Below, in pieces: positions 1 through 15,196 of a DNA stretch of 64,000 bases. The notes under the pieces are model-generated. The model searched no databases. It worked only from the letters and a program-made list of their open reading frames with translations, and was not told the DNA's origin. How positions within the stretch are numbered: position 1 is the stretch's first letter; each line of letters opens with the position of its first letter. The position numbers were made by a program, and so were the translations under genes. The stretch is from the human T2T-CHM13v2.0 reference genome, Homo sapiens: NCBI RefSeq assembly GCF_009914755.1, contig NC_060928.1. One strand, written 5' to 3'.

Positions 1-1950
1 TTTGGCTTAGCTCGAATCAAATTCAGCCTTTAGTCTGATGTCTCTTTTAATGCTATCTTATTTCTTTTTTTCAGCAGCATGGTTGCCTCATTGAATGTAT
101 TTTCAACTCAATTGATTGCAGTTATCTCTGAGTGATACTATAGCTGTTCTGGATAATCCATGAAATTCTAAGTGTCTTATTTACAACCTCATTCTTTGGA
201 TAATGCTCACATAAAGATGTCATTCCTCGTGCTGTATTAACTGTTACCATGTTAATCTGACAAAGGACTGGCTGATCTAAAACATAGCCCTGAAGAGGCT
301 GAACATAGAAAGTTTACCGATCAAAATGGTGTCCTCATGAAGTGCTCTGCCCACTTTGATAGAACAAGCTAACCCCATCATATTACTTTATGGCATCTAG
401 ATATTTCATTTCCATCAGACCTTGCCCATAATTCTTCCACACTTTTCTCCTCAATTTTTCTTTTGCTACCTCATCAACCACATATTCATGGTAACCTAGT
501 TATTTTCAGTATCTTCAAGCTTTGGTTTGATGAGGACTTGATTTTCACCACATGATTTTACCTTTCAATGTGTTCTTTTCCATTAAAGTTTTTTCTCCAC
601 CTTTGCCTTTTCAAAGTGAAGTATAATGTAAAATCATATTTGAATATTTTTTCTGTGCTTTGAAAGTTACTTGCTTCCCTTTTTCTCTTTTCTTTCCCTT
701 TGAAAGTCCTTTGTCATGGTGGAGTATAAACATAAGATTCACACAGGAGCCTAAAAGGACAGTAATAGAAAGCTACAGAAAGACAAAATGTCTGGGTCAC
801 TAGAGCTTCTAGTGAATGCAAAATTAGGATTATTCCAATTTTCCACAAGGCCTAGGGCTTAGACTCACTCTACAGCTTCTGAGATGTTGCCATCGTTCCA
901 TGCTCTCCAAGTATCTTCACTAAAAATTTACATTTCTTTGAAATTTTAAAAAACCTCATGCTCACCTTTTCATCTCAATGAAAAATTTGTCCTTGAGTAA
1001 GTTTATCTTCTTCCCTCCTTCTGACCTCAATCCAGTTCCACCCTATTACAAGATGATACTCGAGTTCTGTTTCAGAGGAGAAGGTTGAATCCATGTGGCC
1101 TAAAGTATACTTCTGGAAAGAGCTTCATACTTGCCTTCTATAAAATCAGCAAGCACAAAATGCTCAAATTGAGTGAGGGTTAATTGTAAATTTACCTCCT
1201 TAACCGTATATAAGAATAATTACTAGCTAAATACCTTATAGAAATTAAGAAAATAATATATTTTTGTGAGATATCATTAGACACAATTTATCAAAAGAGC
1301 TGGAGTCAGAAAGGGGTAAACAGAAAACAGAACACTACTTTATTCTTTCTTCAAACTTTCCCATTCAACCCACCCTATTCTAACCTATTGTATGAAATTC
1401 TTTAGTCATTTTCAGTGATTGAAAAGTCAAGCCATTCTACAAGGCAATTTGCCTGTTCTCTTCAAAAACTCAATATCATGATTAGTAACTTGAATAATGT
1501 ACTTAGTAGAAGAAACACGACTAACAGAGATTTTGAACTCCTAATGTTTAATAATTTAAAATATTGAAATGTGTATATGGCATTTATAAATATTTCTCAT
1601 TAAATAAACGTCTAATGGAAATATATAGGAATATAATACACAAATGTTTCAAACCCTACTATTTGCAACAAAGTGGGAAACTATAATACTAATAATACTT
1701 TCAATTTTTAGCCAGTTGGCAGAATTGGCAATTCTGGTACTGTTAACTCTTTATATAGTAAAACATTGGATCTATTGGAACCCTGCAAAGTCATTATTGT
1801 CACTATTTTAGAGACAGAGAAACTAATACCCAGAGAAGATAAGTAACTATCCCCAAAACAATACAAGATATGTAATGACCTCAAGCTCTTAAACAGGTGA
1901 GCAAATAGACCAAAGCTAGCAAAAGTTGTGAAGGAGAATGACTATATTTA

Positions 1951-2037
1951 CTATTTTCTGATGTTTTTCCATATGCTATGGCATATATGTGGAAACTGAC
2001 AAATGTCATCAACAGTGGGCCACTCAGCCCCTTCCAA
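1951..2037 (-). other. Candidate minus-strand exon (strong 3' splice site); coding status unsupported
   Basis: Minus strand reads aataac-T10-gttctgcAG|ttggaagg, followed by 28 codons (LEGAEWPTVDDICQFPHICHSIWKNIRK*). No partner exon or recognisable protein. Confidence 0.25.
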
Positions 2038-2268
2038 CTGCAGAACAAAAAAAAAAGTTATTATTGTACAATCTTTAAAATCATCCAGGATTTGCACACT
2101 TTGATAGAAGTACGCAAATATAAAATTAATAAAATTTGAATAAGCAAAATGACCACAAATATTAGAATACTTATCTGTCTGAAGAATTTTTGTAATGGTA
2201 GAAATCAATCTCACTTGTGTCTTTTTTGGGGGTATTCTGTTTGTTTTTCGGTTTTGGCTTGTTGGTAG

Positions 2269-2390
2269 GATACAGAGTTCTATTTTAATGACAGTATACT
2301 CATTTTCACCGGTGTAAATACAAACACGGTTCAATTTAGAGATGGCAACCTTGAAATGAGAGATGTTGTCTTAAATGTGAACTCTGACAG
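2269..2390 (+). other. Candidate plus-strand internal exon (122 nt), probably non-coding
   Basis: T-rich tract ending ttggtAG at 2267-2268 and consensus donor CAG|GTAAGA at 2390/2391. One frame is open, but the peptide is not recognised. Confidence 0.35.
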
Positions 2391-2730
2391 GTAAGAATAG
2401 AGCAAATTCATTTTGACCTCCAAAATCATGGGAGACTGTTCTATATTTTAAAAGACAGAGACATACAATGTATAATTAAAATATAAAAATAAAAACAACT
2501 ATACAAAATATTTTGGGGGGGGATGGGGAAATTTAAACATAAATTTGGGGAAGAAGATGCCAGGAATATGCAGTATCTTTGTAATTGAAGTAGTAGAGAC
2601 TAGATCTCAGCAGCCTGGGAGATAGTCCTTCCAGAGCTGAAGTCCCTCACGAGGTCTCTGTGGGTTAACATCAGCAAGGGTCCCAACTGATACTCACTGA
2701 TACTCAAAGGGCGCGCCTGCTCTCTCTCTC

Positions 2731-3150
<420 letters not shown>

Positions 3151-3394
3151 TGAAAATTGCCACAATCTAACAATCCAGCAGATTACACCACTAGTGAGTG
3201 GCAGTGGCAAAATGTGAATCCTGGTTGCCTGACTGCAGGTTTATAACTAGATACATAATAGCTCAGAAATAGAACCACATATCCATGGAGGCATTGCTTA
3301 CGACATGTGGCTTTGGCATAACAAATCATTAAAGCAAAGATGCAGATTACATCATTTTTGATAGTAAAAATATACATTACTTTATTGAAAAAAT

Positions 3395-3580
3395 AAAAAT
3401 AACACTATCTCACTCCATACACAAAAATAAATTCTAGATTTTGACTATATAAATATAAAAAATTAAAGCTCAAAATTCTAGAAGATATTATAAGATTTAT
3501 GACACATCTAGACAGGAGATAATTTCTTAAGGCACAAAAAAGAGAAAGATTGATTTGTTTAAACTTTCATGTTAAAAAGC
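3395..3580 (+). mobile_element. Old L1M ORF2 fragment
   Basis: Resembles the L1 ORF2 3' region (ctcactccatacacaaaaataaattc...); highly diverged. Confidence 0.5.
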
Positions 3581-3737
3581 CTTGAAATCCACAGACTTCA
3601 TAACGTATTTTCCTAACCAACTGCCTACAATCAAGATTTTTAATTTTTCCAAAGTCATTCCAATAGTATACATATCATTCCAAGATAATGCCTACTAAAA
3701 TTACAGTGTTTTAGTTTCTGATAAAGTTTTTCATTTA

Positions 3738-4077
<340 letters not shown>

Positions 4078-4648
4078 GAGGAAAGCAATCAAACGCCTAT
4101 ACAGGGAGTATGCAATAATGTTCTTTCACAGAGTGTCCATTTGTTGTGAAACACTGAAGATCAACACAGAGGAGCATGGAAGGAAGAAGGAAGATAGTTG
4201 GAAGAAAAAACATTAATTACTATTTTTGCCTCTTTTTTTTCCATGTCTATCTTGTCTCCTTAAGAATCCCAGGATGAGATCTCTCTTCACATACATTCCT
4301 ATTTATTGGTTGGCCTTGAGTGGGTAGGTTTCTATGTAATTAGCTGGAATACTATGGTAATATTGAGGATGTCAGACCTGTCAGTTGGAGCAGCCAAGTG
4401 GGAGGTCCTTAAAAGGGCCACTACAATGTGGAGGTACTTTTTGTCTTTTTATAAGACAGGATTTTTGATCCTCTTTAAAAATCAACCAGTCAAACTGCAG
4501 TCTGGCTCTACAATTTCTCTGGATCTGTCTGAAACTGCCACACAGGGAGAGGGATTTCACCCTGGGAAACGAGCTGATGCTTCCAAGGTCTTAAAATAAG
4601 GCATACACCTAGGACAAATATTGCGTTTGAACCAGACGAGTTTGGGCA

Positions 4649-4674
4649 ACACACACACACACACACACACACAC
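4649..4674. repeat. (AC)13 microsatellite
   Basis: Read directly. Confidence 0.97.
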
Positions 4675-6322
4675 TCCCAGATGTACACCTCTATCTCTAT
4701 TTATCATTTTATACCTTTCTGTTTTAAAATTTCTTTATTGTGTTTTCCTAAGCTACACAAGTAGAAACTGCATGACTGTTGCTGTCCATTAAAAGACTTT
4801 CAGTGAATTACTTTCATCTAATTGATCTAGATTTGTATTTCAGCTGCAGATTTGTATCTCATCATCTTCAATAACTTTTACTGTTGTGTGTTCCACATCC
4901 AGTGGCAAAACTAGGAATCCCAGCATCTGATAAGGACCACAAATGTCAGGACAATTCATTGGCATATGCAGAGAGTAAAGTTTCACTTGCCGTAATTCTT
5001 TGACCAAACAATACATGTGTGCCTTGGATCTTTTTACTTTTAGGCTTAAACAAGGGGATAAAATGAAAAGACAGAAGCTCAAGAGAATTTACAGAATCAG
5101 CTAACATTCTCTTTACTCCTTAACTTCAGTTCAAATATGAATAAAAGAAAACTAACATTTGTCCTAAAGACCTGAGTCTTGAAGAGCAACAGACACAGAA
5201 TTATGATTTGTGAATAAGTAGTTGAGAAATGGGAGAAAGTATTGGAGTAAGCTTGGCAAATGGACTGGGGCAAGGTGGGGAAAGTGAGATCCCACTTACA
5301 TTTCAGGCCCATGAGACACCAAACAAGCAGAAATGAATAAATTATGGAGAGTTAAGCTGAGGAGAACAAAAGCTAAAGGCATCACATGGACCCACAGTTA
5401 TAATTTAGTGCACCTCACATGCAGTGTCTCCTGGAGTTTAACGCATTTGCAGCACGGCACACACAGATGGATCATCCCTCAGTAGATACTTTAGTTTCTT
5501 TTCTCTTGTTCCTTCCATCCCTTCAAGAGTACAGGATGAAAAGAGTTTGGGAACAATCACCCCAAAACAGAAAGGCATATACTGTAGTTCTAAAGGTATC
5601 TAATGAAAAAAATTGAAGTTTCTTCATTGAATACTAAGATTTAAAATTATCTTAAAGACTTAAGGTAATTTAAGCAATTTGCATGTCAAAGAGCATTTAC
5701 TGCCTTACACTTTATAAGATTGTACATTAGTGGAATAAAAGTTCTAATTAAAAAAAGAAAATTCTTCCTTCTATATATATGTGAAAAACATAATTTCAAG
5801 GGTTTCTTTCTATAAAGATGAACAAATGTGATCAAGTTGCTATATCTAATGGATATCCAGCATTTATGTGAATGAAAATTCAGCAAACCAAACCATGTAT
5901 AAAGAATCAAAGAGTGATTAATGGCCAGACAAAGCAATAAATATTATCAAATCATGTGTACTATCTTCTCTACATCCTGAGCACAATAAGATATATGCCA
6001 AAAAGATTATGCTTACCATTTTTTTGAGTCACTATGTATTTTTTACCCAAATATTTTGATTCATTTCCTAAAAATATACTTACTCTTTATCATCCTTATA
6101 AGTTCATTGATAAAGAAATAAAAATCTATATAAAATAAGTTGAGCTTTGAGAAAAACAGCATATATGAGAAATCACAATACTATGCCAACCACTCAAGTA
6201 TGTGAATTTAATTACATATAAAAACTTTAAGAGCAAATTAATGCTGACAGTCTCATGCATCATTTTGTCAAGAAGATAAGTCATAGATATTGCTCATATA
6301 AACAAAATAATCAGTGTCAACA

Positions 6323-6516
6323 TTATTAAAATTCTAGAATTACGGTATTTGGTACGTTATCAAAACCTGACTTGCTGCTTTATCACTACATTTTCAGTAA
6401 CTACTATGTTAATAAGAAATTAGCATCCAACGGACATTTTATAGTTGTAAATAAATTTGTCCATTTAAAATATACCCATATGTTATCAAACTAAAGGATA
6501 CTGACATCTCTTAAGG
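6323..6516 (+). repeat. Copy 1 of a local ~195-bp dispersed direct duplication
   Basis: Aligns by eye with 7689-7897, e.g. ttatcaaaacctgac...aagaaattagcatccaa...atagttgtaa...ttaagg. Confidence 0.92.
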
Positions 6517-7688
6517 AAAAAAGACATCTTATAAAATGCTGCTAGTTGTGTTTTCTGGTTGTGTATAAAATAATGCCAGCTCCAGTAAAATGTTTACATA
6601 CCTTTTAATAAATATTTTCTTTAATCACGAGCAACCAAAAAATTGTGTTTGCTTTCAAACACAGTTTATATATAACATTTTAGAAGCCCTGAACTTTGTA
6701 TTAGTCACATCGATATAATAGCATGTTTTTAGTATCAAAATAAGAATAATAAGTTAATTACCCATTGACTACCCAACAATGGTTTTTATTTTTTTAATTC
6801 TGTTCAGTTTTTTGACCAAGACTCTACTAGATAGTAAAATGAGCGTTAAATAAAGTACACAAGATTTAGCAAAAATATTCTCAGTGAACACGGGATGGGG
6901 CAACATAAAAATTAGATAGTCACTTAGTAATTCAGTCAAAAGAACCCAATAGAAATCTCTAAATACTGATGAAAACCTATAATTTGTGTGTCTTTTATGT
7001 CTGTTTGAAAGAAAGCCAGAGTGGGGTGATGAAAGTAATGTTCAAAGTCCCCAATTTATATTTAGTGGTAAAACAATTTGTACATTAATAAAAATTTTAA
7101 AAGAAAACAATAGTTTGAACTGAAAGCATCATTTTCCTCCTTAAATTTTCACTTAAATGTTAAGATTTTCCTCTTCTAAGAAGTCAAATGAGGAGCAAGT
7201 ACAGCTGTTTTTTCTTTGAACATGGGAATGGCTTTTACAGTAGTTATAAGTTTGATTATATCCAGAGACAGACTCTCCCAGGGGAAGATTTATCAACCAA
7301 GTCAGCATCAACCACAAATATTCACAAACAGTTGTTGAAACAGTTGTTTATCAATTATATCAAATAACATTTGCTCAGTCTCTTATGTTGGGGGGAGGGA
7401 GGGCAGAAGTCTTAAGTCTCATTTCTCTCCCTACATACTTAGCATATTTGGTTCTTGAGCTTATTTATTATGCTGATCAAGAGACAACCGGAGAAGGTTT
7501 AGAGAGCACATTGATTACATTGAAAATGGCCAAGAGTTACTACAGGAAGAAAATAGGCCAACAGCCTCAGTGAGAGACCTGAGGAAAAAGAAACAGACCT
7601 GAGACTGGTATTAGTATATATACTATTATATTATAATAATATTACATGCTATGGTATTATAATATCACTAATATATAATATTTACATT

Positions 7689-7897
7689 TTATTAAAAATC
7701 TAGAGTTATGATATTCAGTATATTACAATATTCAGCACATTATCAAAACCTGACATGCTGCCTTATCCCTACATTTTCAGTTACTACTATGTTAAGAAAT
7801 TAGCATCCAATGGACACTTTATAGTTGTAATTCAATTTGTCCATTAAAAATATACCCATCCTATTATCAAACTCAAGGATACTAACATCTATTAAGG
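7689..7897 (+). repeat. Copy 2 of the local duplication, with AT-rich fold-back flanks
   Basis: Homologous to 6323-6516; flanked by direct and inverted micro-repeats. Confidence 0.92.
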
Positions 7898-8078
7898 TAG
7901 AGAGAAATCTATATATTCACTAATATATAGTATTAGTGATATTATATAGTAATAGTGTTGGTCATATTAAGGTAGAGTTTGAGGGAATTTGGAGTGGAAG
8001 AGGAGAGAATATGGAAGGAAACTACCTTGCAGGAGGAAGATTGGGAGGTGGAAAAGGAGAGTTTAAAATATCTTTCAT

Positions 8079-8374
8079 GCCGGGCGCGGTGGCTCATGCC
8101 TGTAATCCCAGCACTTTAGGAGGCTAAGGGGGGTGGATCACCTGAGGTCAGGAGTTTGAGACCAGCCTGACCAAGATGGCGAAACCCCGTCTCTACTAAA
8201 AATACAAAAATTAGCCAGGCATGGTGGTGGGCACCTGAAATCCCAACTACTAGGGAGGCTGAGGCAGGAGAATAGCTTGAATTGGGAGGCAGAGTTTGCA
8301 GTGAGCCAAGACTGCGCCATTGCCCTCCAGCCTGGGTGACAGAGTGAGACTCTGTCTCAAAAAAAAAAAAAAAA
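8079..8374 (+). mobile_element. AluS-type SINE, full length
   Basis: gccgggcgcggtggctca start, middle A-linker, A-tail and approximate TSD. Confidence 0.97.
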
Positions 8375-8849
8375 TTACCTTTTATACATGTAACTCACTT
8401 TGGCAATTTCTTGAAGGCTTTAACTTTTCACTTATTTTGCCTGCTGAACTGTGATTTCCCTCGCTGGGATAATCTGCAGAGATTGCCTTCTATCTTCAGG
8501 TTAAGTTTGTTTGACCAGCCTTTCACTTGAGGCTTTTACCTTTTCTAAAGTGACACTCAGTCCTCTCCTTTCCTCTATGTTTTGTCCAGAGTGATGAGCT
8601 GAATTCTGTCCCTCCAAAATTCATATGTTGGAGTCCTAAAACCTAGTACCTCAGAATGTCACTGTAGAGATAGAATCGTTAAAGAGTTAAGTTTAGATGA
8701 AGTGGGCCCTAACCCAGTATGACTGGTATTCTTTTAAGAAGAGATTAGACACAGACACACCCAGAGGGAAGACCCTGTGAAGATCCCAGAAGACGGCCAT
8801 TTACAAGTCACAGAGGCTCTCAGAAGAAAACAACCAGTGGACACTGTTA

Positions 8850-9323
<474 letters not shown>

Positions 9324-9590
9324 TTATATGCAAAACAAGGGGTGGATTATTCATGAATTTTCTGTGAAAGAGGTGGGCAATTCCAGGGACTGAGGGTTCC
9401 TCCCCTTTTTAGACCATATAGGGTAACTTTCAGATATTGCCATGGCATTTGTAAACTGTCATGGTGTGAGTGGGAGTGTCTTTTAGCATGCTAATCATTA
9501 TAATTAGCATATAATGAGCAGGGAGGATGACCAGAGGTCACTTTCATCAGCATCTTGGGTTTGGCTGGCTTCTTTACCACATCCTGTCCT

Positions 9591-9836
9591 TTTTTTTTTT
9601 TTTTTTTTTAATACTTAAAGTTCTGGGTTACATGTGCGGAACGTGCAGTTTTGTTACATAGGTATACATGGGCCATGGTGGTTTGCTGCACCAATCAACC
9701 CGTCACTTACATTAGGTATTTCTCCTAATGTTATCCCTCCCCAAGCCCTCAACCCCATGCAGGGCCCGGTGTGTGATGTTCCCCTCCCTGAGTCCATGTG
9801 TTCTCATTGTTCAACTCCCACTTAGGAGTGAGAACA
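9591..9836 (-). mobile_element. 5'-truncated L1PA 3' end inside MER41
   Basis: Poly-T followed by reverse-complement L1PA 3' UTR; 16-bp TSD taccacatcctgt(c/t)ct at 9575-9590 and 9837-9852. Confidence 0.95.
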
Positions 9837-10499
9837 TACCACATCCTGTTCTATCAGCAGGGTCTTTGTGACCTTTATCTTGTGCCAACCTCCTATCTCA
9901 TTCTGTGACTAAGAACACCTAGCCTCCTGGGAATGCAGCCCAGTAGGTCTCAGCCTTATTTTACCCTACCCCTATTCAAGATGGAGTTGCTGTGGTTCAA
10001 ATGTCTCTGACAACACCTTGACCTTGGACTGCTAGCTTCCAGAACTGTGAGAAATTAATTTCTGCTGTTGAAGCTGCCCAGCCTGTAGTATCTGTTATAG
10101 CAGCCCTAGCAGATTAATCCATCACCCCTTAAAATCTACTTTTCTTTGCTCCTGTCTTTTCAGTTCCACTCTCTCTTTCTCTCCTCAACTTCCCAAAATA
10201 GCCAAGGTTCTCTATACCAATGCTTCTTACCATAGTTCCTTGCAGACTACCCAGTTATCTAAATTCAAATCAGGGTCGGTTACCTAGATAAGGTACAAAG
10301 TAATCTAGGACTGTGAAGTTATCAGGCAAGGGGTGGACTGTGAAAAGGACAGGAGGGAAGTGCTGGGAAGAAAAATCATTCAGGAAAATCACCCCTGGAC
10401 CAGAGAAGGAAGACAGAATAAAAGGTGCTTGAGAGATGGAAGAACATAGTTCACCTTGGGGATGAAAAAGAAGAAGGAAGCAGTATCATTAATTGACCA

Positions 10500-10700
10500 A
10501 TCTTCTTGTGCCAGACACCCTACAGAATTAAATGTTCCACATGTTTTGTGATATTTAACCTCTTTAGTGGCATAGGGGATAGGTATTAGTATTATCCCCA
10601 ACTTACTGTTGAGGAATTGAGGTTCAGAGAGGTTAGATAACTTGGCCAAGTTCTCACAGAAAAGGAGTAATTAAACCATACATCTATTCTGATCCACCTT
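10500..10700 (-). mobile_element. MIR SINE
   Basis: MIR core attatcccc...gaggaattgaggttcagagaggttagataacttggccaag. Confidence 0.8.
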
Positions 10701-12513
10701 CTTCTAGATTATGGGTCCATTATCATTACACTCTACCCCCAGATAGATAAATCAAGGAAGTGAAATTTCTAATTAATAAAGTTGAGTAAACAAGGCTCTA
10801 TGCTAGTGTGGCTACTCAAACAAGATAGAGAACAAAGCAACAAGATGCAAAGGGAGAAAGAGGCATAGGAAATGACCCCAAAGACCAAACTAACCATCTG
10901 GAAATTGGTAGAGTTAACTCCCATCAAACCACTCTATCTCCTATTCTCCATCCTAATATAGGACTTAGGTCAGATTCCACACATGTATGAACATTCTTAC
11001 TTGATTCCCAGCCACTAAATGATTCCCTTTCTTGCCATCCTAGCTTCCCCATCCCCATCCAACTGTATTTAAAAGGTCCTAGGAGTATTCTAACTAAGCA
11101 GCCACCAGCTGACCTCATCCACAGAATAACTTCCAACTGGCATAAATGTGTTTGTTCACCTGCTGACTCAGACACCTGCCAACACTTAGACACATCTGGG
11201 GCACCTGATGGCAAAAGCACTTTTCACCAAGCAAAACACACCTTCAAAAAACACAAAAATCATGGTGAGTTAAGCTTCAGAATTTGCTGGACAGTCATTA
11301 GGACCATAGGATTTCATTTCCCAAGAAACTCTTTGGCAAACTTAAACTTTTGCCTTTGTAGCTAAAATAGGGAAATTCAATCAAAAGAAAGTTCAGATAG
11401 GAAAATACTGGAAATAGACCACAAGCTCACAACATTCCCCAGTCCTGAGTATTTGAGCCCTAACTATTCAGTAGCTGCTTTTGCTGTGCTCTGGTTCCTG
11501 CACAATGTTGATGAAATACATTTTCTGTGTATGTGAATAGGATTTTGCAAGATGTTTATGAATTCAGAGACTTTACTGGGGACTAAAAGCCCCTGCCCTA
11601 GACACTCCACTTGTAGAGTTCATAAATCAAATGGCTAAACCTTTCCTACATCTTCCAGACACAGCTAGAAATGTTTTCAGTTGGCATAACAGCAAAAACG
11701 AGGAAGGGATTATAAGATACTCACAACCAGATTTTAAGTGGCATCACTAAAACTCTTGTGCACATGAGTCTGAAATATGTTTAAAAAACTTGAATTTCAG
11801 CCTCTCTCATTCTAATTCCTCTCTTGCTTCATATAATTTGAAGCTGTTATGGTCTTATATTAAACAATCAAGGACAAAGTAGCTTCATTATAAGTTTTTT
11901 GCACATTTTAGCATTAAGGTAAGAGTGTTATTTTTCATCACTTTCTAAATCTGTTGATCTTTATGTACATTGGTGAGATGTCACATAAGTGAATTTTAAT
12001 CACTCTATTGCTTGTTTTAATTTTTTAAAGAATATTTTTGAACACTTATCAGTAAGGTTTTTAGTATACTATTATCTGCAAAGTGTTGCTGAAATTATAT
12101 TTTTCTACTCTGATGATTGAAATTTGATGCCATAAAGAAATTTGTATTTGTTGTACTGATTAGAGTTGTGAATGAATCTCATAACCTTAACATCCAGTTT
12201 TAACATTATTGAAAATCTATCTCCCACATACTAAATTACTTCCATGACAATTATCAATATAATATGACTCCTTTAGCTCTTGAATAACTTATTTCTGTTT
12301 TTGTTATTCTTAGTCAAAGGTTTCAAAACAGACTTCAAACCCCAAATGGATTTTATGCCTTGATGCTCTCATGTCCAGCCATTAATCAGGTTAACTACAG
12401 CAATTTATAGATTAATCATAGTAATTAGAAATGCATCTTTATGTAGAAAAGTAAGGCCAACTAATTTTATCTCAACTTTCTGGTCCTAATATTACCCATT
12501 TGAAACATTCTGC

Positions 12514-12727
12514 AGACCAGCCTGGCCAACATGATAAAACCCCATCTCCACTAAAAATACAAAAATTAGCCAGGCGTGGTGATGCGCACCTGTAATCCCA
12601 GCTACTCAGGAGGCTGAGGCAAGAGAATCGCTGGAACCTGGGAGGGGGAGGTTGCCGTGAGCCGGGACTGAGCCACTGCACTCCAGCTTGGGCGACAAGA
12701 CTGAAATTCCGTCTCAAAAAAAAATAA
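12514..12727 (+). mobile_element. 5'-truncated AluS
   Basis: Starts at agaccagcctggcc; TSD aaacatt(c/t)tgca at 12503-12514 and 12728-12739. Confidence 0.95.
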
Positions 12728-13486
12728 AAACATTTTGCATACCATCATTTTAGTACATCTCTATTGAAAACAAAGCATCATCTTTTCCTTATTCTTTATA
12801 AAACTTTCCAATGTTTGGAGGAATTTCCAAATTGATCATAAAAATAAGTTGAAAGAAGGAAAAGTATTTTCAGTCCAACAATTTAAACTGGCTTTGTGCC
12901 TCAAGCTAAAGTAAATTATGTCAAGGAAAGTTTATTTTGGTCGATAGATATGCCTATAAATATTCTTCCTCTTCTTTGAAAGAGGGTGACAGAGAGGGTC
13001 TAGGATTCCAGAAAGGTATATTCCAAACTGCTGATAACTCACAAGCCAAAGAAACAGCTGACATTACTACCCTTCATAGTAAAACATAGAAAGATTTAGC
13101 CCAAATGGAATTGTTTACTGGCAGCATACGTTAAATGTCTCAGTGCTAAAAAATCTTTCAAAGAATATACAACTTTCTATGCCAATCAGGAAACTTTCAT
13201 GGAAAATCTGCCTTAATTCTCATTTATACTTTTAAAAAGTAGGTAACTATTGATCCTATATTTAAACACTTCCAAAAATGTTTTTAAATTCCCAAAACAA
13301 TTTAGCTATTATTGTTATGGATTATTAATCCCCTTATAATTTTTTACAGTAATAGCAAAGAGAAGGCTAATTCTTTAAAGGACATTAGCAATAATCTCTC
13401 TCCTATATCTAGGCAACAAATATGTGTTAATCACTTACTAAAGTCGCAATAAACTCTGTAGGAGGATATAAAAACATACAGTAATT

Positions 13487-13540
13487 TAAAATATGTAAAG
13501 AAAATAAAATATGTAAAGAAAATAAAATATGAAGGAACAT
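13487..13540. repeat. 18-bp tandem repeat, about 3 units
   Basis: taaaatatgtaaagaaaa twice plus a degenerate third unit. Confidence 0.85.
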
Positions 13541-14578
13541 TTTAAGAGATAGATTGGATAAAGGATAGTAAAGACAAAGGATAGTAATGACAAAGTATCA
13601 CGTGAGCTCAAAAAAAAATAACGTGGTTTTTGCCTAAAGGGTAAACGGATGATTTTATAATGCAGGTGCCCATTCAGCCGGGCCTCCAAGGATGGTCAGG
13701 ATGTGTGATCCCGTGAAGCAAAGTGGGACACCTTCCAGCAAAGAGAACTGAAAAGGAGACAGAATGAATGAGAAAGTATTCAGCTAGAAAATGCAAAATA
13801 CCCTGAATCTTAAAATCCTCAAATACTGACAAATCCTGCAAATATTGAGGCAAAAGAGGTCCTGTCCAAAATGCAAATTAAATATGTGAGCACCTGACAT
13901 TAGTCATTTTAAAATAAAAGTTTATAAAATCCAGCCTTTCTTTATAGCAATGTGAGAATAGATTAATATAGTAATGTCTGCATTCCTCATTTTTCATACA
14001 CACAGACACGCAAACGCACAAACATGCAGGTGTTCTATCTTTTTCTTTCTCTCCTCTTTCTTTCTTATTTTTTAGGAACAGTTTTTCCCATGACTACAAG
14101 AAGTCTCCCACAACTTGATCTTCCATCAAAATGGAGCTTTGGCTGCCTTCTATCAAACATCTGAAGGCCCATTTTAATCAAAGTTTTGATGTCCTCTAAA
14201 ACAGATGCCACCAGGTTCCCAAGCCACTCAGTGAGACTTCTCATCTAGATATCAAAAGATTTGTGTTTCCTACTTCTTCTTTTTAGCCTTGAAAAAGTAA
14301 AAGATTTCGCCTCAGTCATCAGTGAATTATGAATGAGAGTGCAGGATTAATGTGTGCTACGGGACATGAGAGGTGCATATGGAACTCTTCCTTACTGTGT
14401 GTCACATGTTAAAAAATATTTTTTAAAGCATTTTGTAATCCTGTAGGCGTGATATTATTTTAATAATGTAAAGTACTATCTAAGTGTACATCATTACTAC
14501 TCTAACTTGTAGAATTATTTAAAGAATAAAAAGTTCTCCTCAAAAAATTTCTCAAATCATGTATAAAAATGTTATATA

Positions 14579-15196
<618 letters not shown>

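Noticed and set aside
1951-2334. 127-aa minus-strand ORF as a single-exon gene
   Set aside because: Non-ATG start, runs through a poly-T acceptor tract, and has no recognisable domain. Only the splice site is kept as a weak candidate.
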